From contig CAYNEO010000017.1 of assembly GCA_964396245.1 (NCBI GenBank), positions 1,714 through 65,713 of the forward strand: a stretch of DNA of 64,000 bases, in the 5' to 3' direction. This DNA is from an uncultured Ignavibacteriales bacterium. GTDB lineage: Bacteria; Zixibacteria; MSB-5A5; GN15; FEB-12. Below, one piece after another: positions 8,228-16,956 of this stretch. The position numbers and the translations under genes are program-made. The notes under the pieces were generated by a model that saw only the letters and a list, made by a program, of their open reading frames with translations, did not search any database and was not told the DNA's origin. Within the stretch, counting starts at the first letter, position 1. Each line of letters begins with the position of its first letter.

Positions 8228-9832
8228 ATGCATTATCGAATTGTTATCGTTCATTTTCTCGCTGCTTTCTTTGTTGCCGGTCTGTTTTCCGGGTGTTGGA
8301 TGACTCACGGACCCTCTACGGAATGCTTGAAGGCTGCCGAGCGGCTTGTCCGCGTCCAACCTGCTTCCTGTGAAGATGCCGCCGCTCAGGTGGACACCCT
8401 GCAGAAGGCAATTATAGACAATTATGATGCCACCGACGGATCTTTTCGTGAACGACAGGAGATGGAAGACCGACTGTCCGGCAGCATCGAGGAAAAGCTC
8501 AAATATGCGCTGTCGCTGGATTCTGCATGTGTGCACGCATACCTGTGGTTGGGTGACTACGCGGTGTCGGAGATGTTCTACGACGATTCTTTGATACGAG
8601 AGGCCAAGCACTGGTTTGCTCTCGGTCTCCGGCACGTGCCGGGGAACATCGACCTCCTGTCCGGCCTGGCGGCGGTCTATGAAGCCGAAAACAACCTGGA
8701 TTCAGCGCGGGTTGCCTACTCACATCTAGCTGAAGTCCTCCCGATAGAGCAGGAACCCAGACAGGCGCTCGCTCGCCTGGATGCCGCAGAGCACATCAAG
8801 GAGGCGTTTTTCCGGAAGCCCGAAGAAAGTTACCTTCTCTTGGAGAGAAAAGCTTCATACGCTTTCGGTAAGCCGCTCGTCGCACACCTGAAGCTTGACG
8901 GAACCGGGCTGTGTGAAATGTATGACTATTACGATGACCGCGACAATCCGGTGCTGCTGGAGCGATTCCTGGATTCTGCCTTTGTGGACTCAGTACTTGG
9001 CGATCTGGAGAAAGCGGGTTTTCTGGCCCTGAGCAATCCTTTTGCGACGCCTGACGAATGGGACATCGACTTTCATTATGTCAAGCAGTGGCACCTTCCT
9101 CTTTACCGGATCACTCTGCAGCTCCCGGGCGTTCATCACTCCATCTGCATCTATGGCTTAGGTACCATTAGCGGACGGAATGCCCTTGTCAATGTGCCGA
9201 GCATAACCTATATACCGGAGTTGAACGTTCCATTGGAGTCAACGGTCATAGATAGGCTCGGTACACTATCGAAGATGTGGGGGCGACTTTTCAGTCTGGA
9301 AGTCGCCACGAAAGCGGTTGATGAGGAGTTTGGAACCCATGGCCCGATCTGGTCGAGGAGAGGGACATACAGGTATGAAGTTGAATCCGACGACTTCGTG
9401 CGTGTCTCTCTCAAGACGTGCGAGATAGAATGGAGCACGTCGCGGCGGTCCGACCGAACCACCGAACAGGACTCTGTCGACCGGAATGTCATATTTCAAG
9501 TCGGCGATTCGCTCTATGCTCTGAATGCACGAACGGGTCACCGGGTTTATGCCATAGCCCGTAATCCGGGGGATTATCCTTATTTTCGAGTGCGCGATGG
9601 CTACCTGTACGTTGGCAGAAAATCCGAAGACAAATATACGCTGCGGGAATTTGACTTTCTCAATGGTGGTTTCCTGCGTACTGCCGAATGTGACGGTGAC
9701 GTGGAAGTTTGGGTCATAACGGAGGGCACGAAAGCAGGTGACCTTGATAACCGAAGAATCTCCCGGCAGTTCGAGCAGTTGATTGCATATGTCAACCGAA
9801 CAGATCAGGGGCCCAAAAAGCAATCCAGCTGA
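8228..9832 (+). CDS. lipoprotein with N-terminal TPR-like region, unknown function
   Basis: RBS GGGAGG is 8 nt upstream. The lipobox is ...FFVAGLFSGC. TPR-like helices span roughly residues 90-180 (YLWLGDYAV..., AAVYEAENNLDSARVAY). The C-terminal ~330 aa are unassigned. GC is lower than in the flanking sequence. Confidence 0.65.
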   Translation: MHYRIVIVHFLAAFFVAGLFSGCWMTHGPSTECLKAAERLVRVQPASCEDAAAQVDTLQKAIIDNYDATDGSFRERQEMEDRLSGSIEEKLKYALSLDSACVHAYLWLGDYAVSEMFYDDSLIREAKHWFALGLRHVPGNIDLLSGLAAVYEAENNLDSARVAYSHLAEVLPIEQEPRQALARLDAAEHIKEAFFRKPEESYLLLERKASYAFGKPLVAHLKLDGTGLCEMYDYYDDRDNPVLLERFLDSAFVDSVLGDLEKAGFLALSNPFATPDEWDIDFHYVKQWHLPLYRITLQLPGVHHSICIYGLGTISGRNALVNVPSITYIPELNVPLESTVIDRLGTLSKMWGRLFSLEVATKAVDEEFGTHGPIWSRRGTYRYEVESDDFVRVSLKTCEIEWSTSRRSDRTTEQDSVDRNVIFQVGDSLYALNARTGHRVYAIARNPGDYPYFRVRDGYLYVGRKSEDKYTLREFDFLNGGFLRTAECDGDVEVWVITEGTKAGDLDNRRISRQFEQLIAYVNRTDQGPKKQSS

Positions 9833-9859
9833 AACAGGATCGCCGGTAGATTTTGGAGT

Positions 9860-10339
9860 TTATTGTTCTCCTAGAAATTTCTCGAGCTTATTCAGCTGTT
9901 GATTGAAGCCCGCCTGCATACCTTGCACTGCCATGCCGGCATCCGGTCCCGTTTTATTGATCGTGACTTTCACTTCCACTTTGGTCTTGCCGCCTTCGTC
10001 GGTCAGAGTAACTTCGGTCACCTGATCGATTTCGGTAGTTTCTTCCCGGCCTTGGGTCCAGGCTTTCGCCTCGTATGACAGCCTGGATTTGTTCTCCACG
10101 ACCGTAAACTTGCCTTCCATCGGCCATCTGGTACCTTTGTAGGGGCCCATCGCCTCTCCGGCTTCCATGACAATGTAAATTCTTCCGCCCAAGCGCAGGT
10201 CTACTTCGCATTCCGGAATACTGACATTGTCCGGTCCCCACCATGCTTTGATCATCCCCGGGTCAGTCCACGCCTGCCAGACTGCCTCGAGGGGAGCCTT
10301 AAATGTTCTCTCGAACACTACTTCCTTGATTGGCGTCAT
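9860..10339 (-). CDS. SRPBCC / Aha1-domain (activator of Hsp90 ATPase homolog 1-like) protein
   Basis: Track ORF trimmed to the ATG at 10339 (MTPIKEVVFERTFKAPLEAVWQAWTDPGMIKAWWGP...), which is the characteristic AHSA1/SRPBCC N-terminal signature. Size is ~159 aa. Confidence 0.75.
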   Translation of the reverse strand: MTPIKEVVFERTFKAPLEAVWQAWTDPGMIKAWWGPDNVSIPECEVDLRLGGRIYIVMEAGEAMGPYKGTRWPMEGKFTVVENKSRLSYEAKAWTQGREETTEIDQVTEVTLTDEGGKTKVEVKVTINKTGPDAGMAVQGMQAGFNQQLNKLEKFLGEQ

Positions 10340-10428
10340 ATTTCTTTCGCTTTCTATCAAATGACGTGACTCTCGATTGTGAGTTACATGTTCTGACTTA
10401 TCCGGCTTCATTGATCACTGCCGTATCG

Positions 10429-10875
10429 TTATGGTTTCTTCTCTCCCTTAAAAATCCACTGAACACCGTATTGGTCATAAAACTGTCCGTAGATTCCAAA
10501 TGGCATATCATGCAACTTCTGTAATCTGTCTTTATCAGCTCCTTCTGAGAGCTTGTCGAAAACTGTCTTCAGCTCGTCATGGGATCCGCCAATGACAAAT
10601 ATGGCATAGGTATTGCCCCGTTTTGGCTCGAACTCCGGGGAGGCCATCCAATCGGCAGCGGAAAATTCTATGGCTCCGCTTTTTAATTGCGCATTGATAA
10701 TTCTATCGTGCTGTTCCTCCCGAAACTCGGCCTTCATTGGAGTATCTCGGAGTCTCGTAAGCGTTAACTGACCGCCAAGGCACTGGTGATAGAATGTCAT
10801 CGCCTCGGCACAATTGCCGTCAAATAGCAGAAATGGGACACAACGTAACGTAGTCTCACCTCCTTTTAGCTTCAT
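10429..10875 (-). CDS. VOC-superfamily PhnB/YjdN-like protein
   Basis: The sequence ...VPFLLFDGNCAEAMTFYHQCLGG...FGIYGQFYDQYGVQWIF matches the PhnB-like / 3-demethylubiquinone methyltransferase-domain signature. The start is uncertain: the ATG at 10875 overlaps the upstream gene by 20 nt and has poor SD spacing. Confidence 0.7.
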   Translation of the reverse strand: MKLKGGETTLRCVPFLLFDGNCAEAMTFYHQCLGGQLTLTRLRDTPMKAEFREEQHDRIINAQLKSGAIEFSAADWMASPEFEPKRGNTYAIFVIGGSHDELKTVFDKLSEGADKDRLQKLHDMPFGIYGQFYDQYGVQWIFKGEKKP

Positions 10876-11218
10876 TCCTCTTAGCTTGTGCCTTGAGAAG
10901 TTGCGTTATCGCTGTGGTCGGCGCCTTCTGATCGAACTCGATTCTAATGATTTTTGTTACGGTTTCGTATCCTTGTTCCGCGAGCATTCTCTTGTCGTTA
11001 CTTGTAAGCGCATCGCCAAAACCAAAGCTCACGTGGTGCTTGTATGCTGTAAATCTGGCAAGAGCACCATGATACTTGTAGAATGGCATGCCCCAGCTTA
11101 TTCCTTCCTCTGCTTGTGGGACAGTCGATTTTATTATTTTCCGGACTTCTTTGAGAATGGGGCGGGCTTCCGGGGCCGCATCGGCAATGTACGAAACGAC
11201 ATCTTTTGGTTTTGACAT
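10856..11218 (-). CDS. DUF1801 (YdhG-like) domain protein
   Basis: MSKPKDVVSYIADAAPEARPILKEVRKIIKSTVPQAEEGISWGMPFYKYHG... is the typical DUF1801 pattern. This family commonly sits beside SRPBCC and PhnB-like genes. Confidence 0.7.
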   Translation of the reverse strand: MSKPKDVVSYIADAAPEARPILKEVRKIIKSTVPQAEEGISWGMPFYKYHGALARFTAYKHHVSFGFGDALTSNDKRMLAEQGYETVTKIIRIEFDQKAPTTAITQLLKAQAKRNEAKRR

Positions 11219-11387
11219 TGCCTTTCCCTTCTTATCAATTTACCTGGCGTTAGATATATTTCTAAAGAACCGATCGGGTGTTTCCAAAGTTGCGGGTAAT
11301 TTTCGCCCGTGACTGTCGGAAGAAAACTCCATCAATCCCAAAGGACTAGATCGACAAATACGGGAGGCACAAGGAAGGGATATTCGC

Positions 11388-11416
11388 TTGCATCTCGTCT
11401 TGAGTCTGCATAACTT
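11388..11416 (+). promoter_or_regulatory. sigma70-like promoter for tRNA-Leu
   Basis: TTGCAT (11388-11393), 17-nt spacer, TAACTT (11411-11416). The mature tRNA 5' end is 20 nt downstream. Confidence 0.4.
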
Positions 11417-11435
11417 ATTGCCGCTGATAGCAGTT

Positions 11436-11520
11436 GCCGGAGTGGTGGAATGGTAGACACCAGGGACTTAAAATCCCTTGGGTCGTATGACCCGTGCCGG
11501 TTCGAGTCCGGCCTCCGGCA
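11436..11520 (+). tRNA. tRNA-Leu (anticodon UAA)
   Basis: Hand-folded cloverleaf. The acceptor stem is GCCGGAG/CTCCGGC with discriminator A. The anticodon stem AGGGA/TCCCT carries the loop CTTAAAA (anticodon TAA). A long variable arm (ggtcgtatgacc) is present, and the T-arm is GCCGG-TTCGAGT-CCGGC. No CCA is encoded. Confidence 0.95.
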
Positions 11521-11576
11521 TTTAGTACGGCAGGTTCCAGAGGATATCACAGACAACACAACTTAGAGGAAGCTGA

Positions 11577-12269
11577 ATGCTTATCGGTCATGTGGGCGCC
11601 GGGATGGCGCTTGGTTCGGCTGAGCGGAGGCTGAATCCGGGCATCGTTGTTCTCGCCGCACTATGGCTGGATATCCTGTTGTGGTCGTTCGTTCTTTTAG
11701 GCTGGGAAAGTGTCACAGTTCCGGCTGACTATGCGAGCAGTCATCTGCTGTCTTTCGAATTTCCCTATTCGCACAGCCTGCTGGCGTGCGGGTTGTGGGC
11801 GGTGGCGGCGGGACTTCTTGGGTGGACAATCGCGAGGTACTTCGGCGTCGACCGTCGACGGACAGCTATCATACTGGCGGCCGCCGTTCTGTCGCACTGG
11901 CTTCTCGATCTTCTCGTTCACACTCCGGATCTTCCGCTGGCGAGAGCCGATTCGCCCACCGTGGGATTTTCGCTTTGGAATCATATGGGGATGGCGCTGG
12001 TGGTGGAAGGTCTTATTGCGCTTGCCGGCCTGTGGCTGTACCTGCGAGGTGCGGCCATTGGTACCGGTCGCAAAGTCACGATAAGTGCGCTTGTGATCTT
12101 CGTGATTCTCTTCACCATCGTGGGACAGATGAGCGCGCCGCCACCAACGAGTGTCAGACAGGTCGCAGCAGCATCACTGATACTCAACCTTGCACTCGTG
12201 CTCGCCGTCTATATTCTATCCCGCAAGTCATCGGCAAGGCGAACTGTTGCCGAATTGAAAAAAGCCTGA
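11577..12269 (+). CDS. polytopic membrane protein (possibly YdjM/DUF457-type membrane-bound metal-dependent hydrolase)
   Basis: RBS AGAGGAAG lies upstream. There are 6-7 predicted TM helices. His-containing motifs (GHVGAG, YSHSLL, SHWLLDLLVHTPD) resemble the membrane hydrolase family, but the functional call is weak. Confidence 0.55.
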   Translation: MLIGHVGAGMALGSAERRLNPGIVVLAALWLDILLWSFVLLGWESVTVPADYASSHLLSFEFPYSHSLLACGLWAVAAGLLGWTIARYFGVDRRRTAIILAAAVLSHWLLDLLVHTPDLPLARADSPTVGFSLWNHMGMALVVEGLIALAGLWLYLRGAAIGTGRKVTISALVIFVILFTIVGQMSAPPPTSVRQVAAASLILNLALVLAVYILSRKSSARRTVAELKKA

Positions 12270-12300
12270 CAAGACGGCAGCAGCCGCGACTGTCAGGCTT
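12258..12300 (-). terminator. probable terminator of the DUF2892 gene, overlapping the stop codon of the convergent gene
   Basis: A 10-bp stem, aagcctgaca (12262-12271) / tgtcaggctt (12291-12300), has a 19-nt loop. On the minus strand the hairpin is followed by a T-run (the plus-strand A-run at 12258-12263). The large loop lowers confidence. Confidence 0.45.
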
Positions 12301-12329
12301 CCTCATCCAACGCTTTTCGCGACGCGGTA

Positions 12330-12575
12330 TTACTGAGGCTTCTGTTCCTGCTGTTGCTGGCTCTGTTGGGTGGGCGGGGGCGTTTCTTTCTTCTTGCCGG
12401 CGGTGCTGGCGCCGAACAGCGCATAAGCGCCGCAGAAGCCGGTAATGCCGGTTATCAACGGGACCAATCCGACCAGGCCCCAAAGGGTTTTCGGGCCCCA
12501 CCAGATTAATGAGAGAACAAACAGTCCGATTAACACGCGGATAATTCGATCCGCAGGACCTTCGTTGATTTTCAT
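12330..12575 (-). CDS. DUF2892 (YgaP-like) small membrane protein
   Basis: RBS AGGAGG precedes the start. MKINEGPADRIIRVLIGLFVLSL...GLVPLITGITGFCGAYALFG is the DUF2892 two-TM signature. The C-terminal tail is Gln/Pro-rich. Confidence 0.75.
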   Translation of the reverse strand: MKINEGPADRIIRVLIGLFVLSLIWWGPKTLWGLVGLVPLITGITGFCGAYALFGASTAGKKKETPPPTQQSQQQQEQKPQ

Positions 12576-12674
12576 GGCTCTATCACCTCCTGAAAATGAT
12601 GGCTATCTTATGTAGTAAAAACAACTTCCGGTGAGAATAGTTCACCCGATTTGTCCATTTCCGAGCCCACAGCG

Positions 12675-13904
12675 CTATTTCCAGTATGACTGCAGCAGGC
12701 TCCAGGCCGTGTAGACAGTGCGCGGGTCCCCTGAGGATTTCACGAACCGTTTGAAACGCCCCTGGAGATATTTGCTCCGGCTGATCCGCTTGGTGACATA
12801 ATCATTGAGCCAGGGTTTGCCCAGCCAGCGTTCCGCCGCAAGATACCCGCGGTATTTTGGTCTGATTTCCGTTTCGAGACGACGCGGGTAGTCCTCGAGT
12901 CTGGTGATATCGCTGTTTACCAAGGCTTGGTGTATGACCTGTGCGGCTAGGGCGCCGGTCTCGAATGCCTTGCCGATTCCCTCGCCGGTGAAGGGATAGG
13001 TGGCGCCGATGGTCTCGCCGGTAGCGATAACCGAGGGAGCGACCAATGGTCGGGAGCCGATGAGGCCGCAACGGAGCGGCGCGCCTCTCAACGGTGTCAG
13101 GATTTCTCCATCGGCCAGAAGTTCTCGGGCGGGCGGGAATTCAGTGATAAACGATTGGAAGCTCTCGCGGAGATTGATCTCGGGCCGGCTGGCTTTATCG
13201 TAGGTGGTTCCGCAACCGATATTGAACCGACCGTCGCCCATCGGCATAATCCAGCCGTATCCGGGGATGAGCGAGCTGTCATAAGAGAGGATCAGCTTAT
13301 CGAGAGTCGATGGTGACTTTACATAGCACCGCACGGCAAAGGCGTACGGGGCGGTGTTGGTCACGATTCCGAGTTTTCGCGCTAATGCGATATGTGCCCC
13401 GGTGGCCAGGACCACGATCTTCGTGCGGAGTTGGCGGTTGTCGTTCCCAACTGAAAGTACAGTGTCAGTACTGGAGACTGTGACATCTCTTACATCGCCA
13501 TGGCAAAACTGCGCGCCGGAATCCACGGCGGTCTCAGCGAGGAGTGTGTCAAGACGTTTGCGTTCAAGCACCAGGTATGCGCCGGGGACATCAAAGGAAT
13601 GCCGCGAAGGTGAATAGATCAGGGCAGAGTTCAGACTGCAGGCGCTGTCGCGAATTTGCTCGAAGAGGCCTTCGCGTTTCAGATAGTCGAGGGAGTCGGC
13701 GATCAGGCCGTCGCCGCAGACTTTTTCGCGGGGAAAACGGGCACGGTCGAGGAGAAGGACATCATGACCATCGCGGGCGAGATGCCACGCGGTGGTGGAG
13801 CCGGCCGGTCCCGCGCCTACGACAATGGCGTCCCACAGTTTTCCGGGAAGAGTGTCGAGGGAGCGCTGCCATTCGACTTTGTGTTCATCCTGGCTCGTCA
13901 TCAT
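12675..13904 (-). CDS. FAD-dependent oxidoreductase, geranylgeranyl reductase family
   Basis: The dinucleotide-binding motif WDAIVVGAGPAGSTTAWHLARDGHDVLLLDR is followed by REKVCGDGL. Size (~409 aa) and motif order fit the GGR family. Confidence 0.8.
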   Translation of the reverse strand: MMTSQDEHKVEWQRSLDTLPGKLWDAIVVGAGPAGSTTAWHLARDGHDVLLLDRARFPREKVCGDGLIADSLDYLKREGLFEQIRDSACSLNSALIYSPSRHSFDVPGAYLVLERKRLDTLLAETAVDSGAQFCHGDVRDVTVSSTDTVLSVGNDNRQLRTKIVVLATGAHIALARKLGIVTNTAPYAFAVRCYVKSPSTLDKLILSYDSSLIPGYGWIMPMGDGRFNIGCGTTYDKASRPEINLRESFQSFITEFPPARELLADGEILTPLRGAPLRCGLIGSRPLVAPSVIATGETIGATYPFTGEGIGKAFETGALAAQVIHQALVNSDITRLEDYPRRLETEIRPKYRGYLAAERWLGKPWLNDYVTKRISRSKYLQGRFKRFVKSSGDPRTVYTAWSLLQSYWK

Positions 13905-13927
13905 TGGCGACCCGGGCGGTTGTCGGT

Positions 13928-15292
13928 TCAGAGGTCGAAAATCTTGCCCGGATTGAGAATATTATGGGGGTCAAATTGTTTTTTGATCTGTCGCATAAGG
14001 TTGACCGCCGGGCCGTGTTCCCGCTCGAACATGTCCTTATGTCCGAGTCCAATGCCGTGTTCTCCGGAAATGGTGCCGCCCATGGCGATAGTCTTGTCGA
14101 TTATCAGGTTATTGATTTCCATCGCGCGCGCCCATTCAGCTTCATGGTCCCTGTCAGCCAACATCAGCGCGTGTAAGAGCCCCATGCCGACGTGGCCGAA
14201 AGTGAAAATCATGATCCCTTTTTCATCCCCCTGCCGGTGGCAGAACTCGACCATTTCGGGCAGTTTTGATATGGGGAAAGCGACATCGTTTCTGATAATG
14301 GTGTAACCGGGCTTGCGGTGCTTGATGGCATCGGTTGCCCAGTGTCTCATTTCCCACGGCCGCTGGCCATCGGAAAGTTCGAGCGGCGTGCCGCCGAGTT
14401 CTTCGCAAATCTCCGCAGCGAGTTCATTGTTGGAGGTGAGGACTTCTTTCGGTCCGTGGAATTCGAGAAACAGGGCCGGGACCTCCTCGAGGCCGTAGTT
14501 TTTGAGTTGATTGAGCGCGGCCATGAGACGACGGTCGAGAAATTCGATAGCGGCGATATCGAGCCCGTAACGTCGCATTTCCGAGACTGCCTGTGCGGCG
14601 GCGACTTCTGTTGGAAACTTGTAGGCAGTCTGGAGGCGGTCCTCGGGGATGCCGGCGACTTTCAAGACAATGGAACTGATAATAGCCAGCGTGCCTTCGG
14701 AGCCGGCGACAAGGTCGACGAGATTGTAGCCGCTGGAACGCTTGATGGCACGGTTGCCGATTCGCATGATCTCGCCGGCGCCGGTAATGATCTCCAAAGA
14801 GAGAACGTACTCGCGGGTGCCGCCGTATTTAACCGAATAGATGCCGCTGGCATTGGTTGAAACCATGCCCCCGATTGTAGCGAGATCGCCGGAGCCGCCG
14901 GGAGACGGGGGAAAGAAGAGGCCGTCGCGTTTCAGTCGATCATTGAGGTTGTCATAAATGATTCCCGGTTGCGTTTCGACCTGGAGATCCTCCGGCCAGT
15001 AGTTGACAATTTCGGTCATGCGTGAGACATCGATAACGATCCCGCCTTCTACCGGTATGGTAGATCCCTCGAGGGCGCTGCCGCCGCCGCGGGTGGTTAT
15101 CGGCGTTTTGGCTTCGATACAGAGTTTGACAGTTTTTGATATTTCGTCGGCATTCATCGCCCACACGACTGCTATTGGTACGACCGGCGGGAGGGTGGAT
15201 TCGTCGCGCGATGCCACGGCCAGCTGATCCGTTTGCGTGGAAAGGCGATCAGCCGGATAAATTCCCGCAAGTCGTTCTACGATGTCCGCCAT
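13928..15292 (-). CDS. FAD-linked oxidase (GlcD / D-lactate dehydrogenase-like)
   Basis: Track ORF (GTG at 15349) trimmed to the ATG at 15292 (MADIVERLAGIYPADRLS...), which removes a 40-nt overlap with the upstream pepC. An FAD_binding_4-type N-domain (PVVPIAVVWAMNADEISKTVKLC...PITTRGGGSALEG) and a C-terminal FAD-oxidase domain ending ...KKQFDPHNILNPGKIF are present. Confidence 0.85.
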   Translation of the reverse strand: MADIVERLAGIYPADRLSTQTDQLAVASRDESTLPPVVPIAVVWAMNADEISKTVKLCIEAKTPITTRGGGSALEGSTIPVEGGIVIDVSRMTEIVNYWPEDLQVETQPGIIYDNLNDRLKRDGLFFPPSPGGSGDLATIGGMVSTNASGIYSVKYGGTREYVLSLEIITGAGEIMRIGNRAIKRSSGYNLVDLVAGSEGTLAIISSIVLKVAGIPEDRLQTAYKFPTEVAAAQAVSEMRRYGLDIAAIEFLDRRLMAALNQLKNYGLEEVPALFLEFHGPKEVLTSNNELAAEICEELGGTPLELSDGQRPWEMRHWATDAIKHRKPGYTIIRNDVAFPISKLPEMVEFCHRQGDEKGIMIFTFGHVGMGLLHALMLADRDHEAEWARAMEINNLIIDKTIAMGGTISGEHGIGLGHKDMFEREHGPAVNLMRQIKKQFDPHNILNPGKIFDL

Positions 15293-15309
15293 ATGTATCG
15301 CCCGAGCTC

Positions 15310-16707
15310 CTATTTCAGTTTCTTCAGAGACTGCATGAGCGGATCCCACATAGGGGTAATTTCCGGTTTCAACTCGAGGTTTTTCCGGTCCCTGTCGTCG
15401 AGATACTTTTTCGGTACGACGAGGACATAGACATACGGGTCAAACCAATCATCGTACATGTACCAGAAGCCTTTGTCGCCGGCCTTGGTTCCCCAGCTGT
15501 TTTCCACGAGCCACTTCGCCGGTTTGCCGCCGGCCGTGTCAACGCCCATCAGCACCATGGCGTGCGAGGCATAACCGTCGAGATATGCCAGACGTTGAGC
15601 CTTGGTCAGGTGGAAATCGGTGCCAAATATCTGGTCGTACTGATAGATTCCGGTAGCGAACAGGGCCGAATCACCGCAGTTGTCCTTGCCGACATCGCAG
15701 GCGAACCAGACCACCTGGCTGTCGAGCAGGGCTTTCATGGCATACGTTTTCATTTTCTCAGCGGGGACATTAAGCATGGTGAAATCTTCAAGTTCATACA
15801 TGTTCCGGCTCCAGTCGCCCTTGTACGGCCGGTCGTAGGCTTTGTTGGGGTTATCGCACAGGGCCACATATTCCGGAAGGTCTTCCGGCAGGAATTCGTC
15901 GCGGAATTCTTTCGGCGAGTATGTCCTGGCCGCCACCGGTGTCGTGTCCTTGCTTTCATAACGGAAAGTGAACTCGGTCGGCGGTTTGCCATAGGCCAGC
16001 ACCAGCATTTCGTACACATCGGAAAGCATCTCGACTTTTCGCTGTCGGAGTTGCTCGACGGGTTTCCCCGAGTCGCTCATTGCCCGCAGTTCGGCGGCAT
16101 TCTGGCGCAGTTTCCGGTCGAGCAGCGAGTTGATGGTGCCGGTAGACGAGGATTGCCTGGTCTCCGGCATCGCGGTTTTGGGTACGACGCCATACTTATT
16201 GATCAATCCGACCATGTATGTCCACCAACCGCCATCGCCGACCGGAGATTCGTTGATCAGCTGCATCTTGCGATCGTCGATGGGCAGGTCCCGGAATGCG
16301 ATAACCTGCTCGAGATAGAGGTTGGCCTTTTCCAGTTTATCCCAGAAGGCGAGATACGATTGAGAGAATTCGAAATCCGACGAATTCAGTTTCTCCATTA
16401 CGCCCGGTGTGAAGACATTGAGGCCGGAGAACATCCAGCATCGTCCGGAGCTTTCCTGGTTGGTAATTCCCGCGGATTTCAACTTGAAATTAACGATTTT
16501 GTCAAAATCGACGAGCAGCTCTCGGTTGAGCGCCAGGTCTTTGAGCTTGTTGTTAACAATAGCGTTCTCGATGGCGGTGTGATTGCCCGCAGACTCATAC
16601 CGCGAATCGAACTGTTTGACAATATCCTGGGTCACGCTTCCGTCGTTGTCGGCAGCCATTACCGATACAGACAGAAGGAGGCAAGAACAAACGATGAAGA
16701 TTCTCAT
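15310..16707 (-). CDS. pepC: aminopeptidase C / bleomycin hydrolase family (C1B cysteine peptidase), with N-terminal signal-like segment
   Basis: Track ORF (to 16938) trimmed to the ATG at 16707 (MRIFIVCSCLLLSVSVMAADN...). The catalytic Cys motif is QESSGRCWMFSG, and the C-terminal part (HAMVLMGVD...WLVENSWG) carries the His/Asn region typical of PepC. Confidence 0.85.
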   Translation of the reverse strand: MRIFIVCSCLLLSVSVMAADNDGSVTQDIVKQFDSRYESAGNHTAIENAIVNNKLKDLALNRELLVDFDKIVNFKLKSAGITNQESSGRCWMFSGLNVFTPGVMEKLNSSDFEFSQSYLAFWDKLEKANLYLEQVIAFRDLPIDDRKMQLINESPVGDGGWWTYMVGLINKYGVVPKTAMPETRQSSSTGTINSLLDRKLRQNAAELRAMSDSGKPVEQLRQRKVEMLSDVYEMLVLAYGKPPTEFTFRYESKDTTPVAARTYSPKEFRDEFLPEDLPEYVALCDNPNKAYDRPYKGDWSRNMYELEDFTMLNVPAEKMKTYAMKALLDSQVVWFACDVGKDNCGDSALFATGIYQYDQIFGTDFHLTKAQRLAYLDGYASHAMVLMGVDTAGGKPAKWLVENSWGTKAGDKGFWYMYDDWFDPYVYVLVVPKKYLDDRDRKNLELKPEITPMWDPLMQSLKKLK

Positions 16708-16956
16708 GGGGACGTCCTTCTCTGAAGTGAAACTAAACATCGGTTCCCAAAATACGACAAATAACTCGATCTGGCTACGGAAAAGTTGGTATGCGGTGAT
16801 TGCGCCCAAGGGGCGTTGTTTGACAGGCTGGTTTTGCGGACAGAGACGGCCCATTTTTCGGGACAAGACCAAAAAACAGGCTTGCCAATTCTGACCGTGA
16901 GGCCTACCATAAGGCATTCGAAAGACACAGGATTCCACTTTACTGCAGAGGATTCG

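Noticed and set aside
11332-11559. 75-aa minus-strand ORF
   Set aside because: It completely overlaps the tRNA-Leu gene (11436-11520). Its sequence is simply the complement of the tRNA.
15136-16725. 529-aa ORF on the plus strand, one of the longest in the window
   Set aside because: It is exactly antisense to pepC, whose product has the C1B catalytic motifs (QESSGRCWMF etc.). The antisense translation is Arg/Val/Gly/His-rich with no motif, RBS or signal. It is a typical shadow ORF of a GC-rich codon-biased gene.
16708-16956. N-terminal extensions of both pepC (to 16938) and gdh (from 16786) that would overlap each other in the divergent spacer
   Set aside because: The two extensions are mutually exclusive. 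The internal ATGs at 16707 and 16957 have RBS-like sequences and give a signal peptide (pepC) or a homologous N-terminus (gdh).
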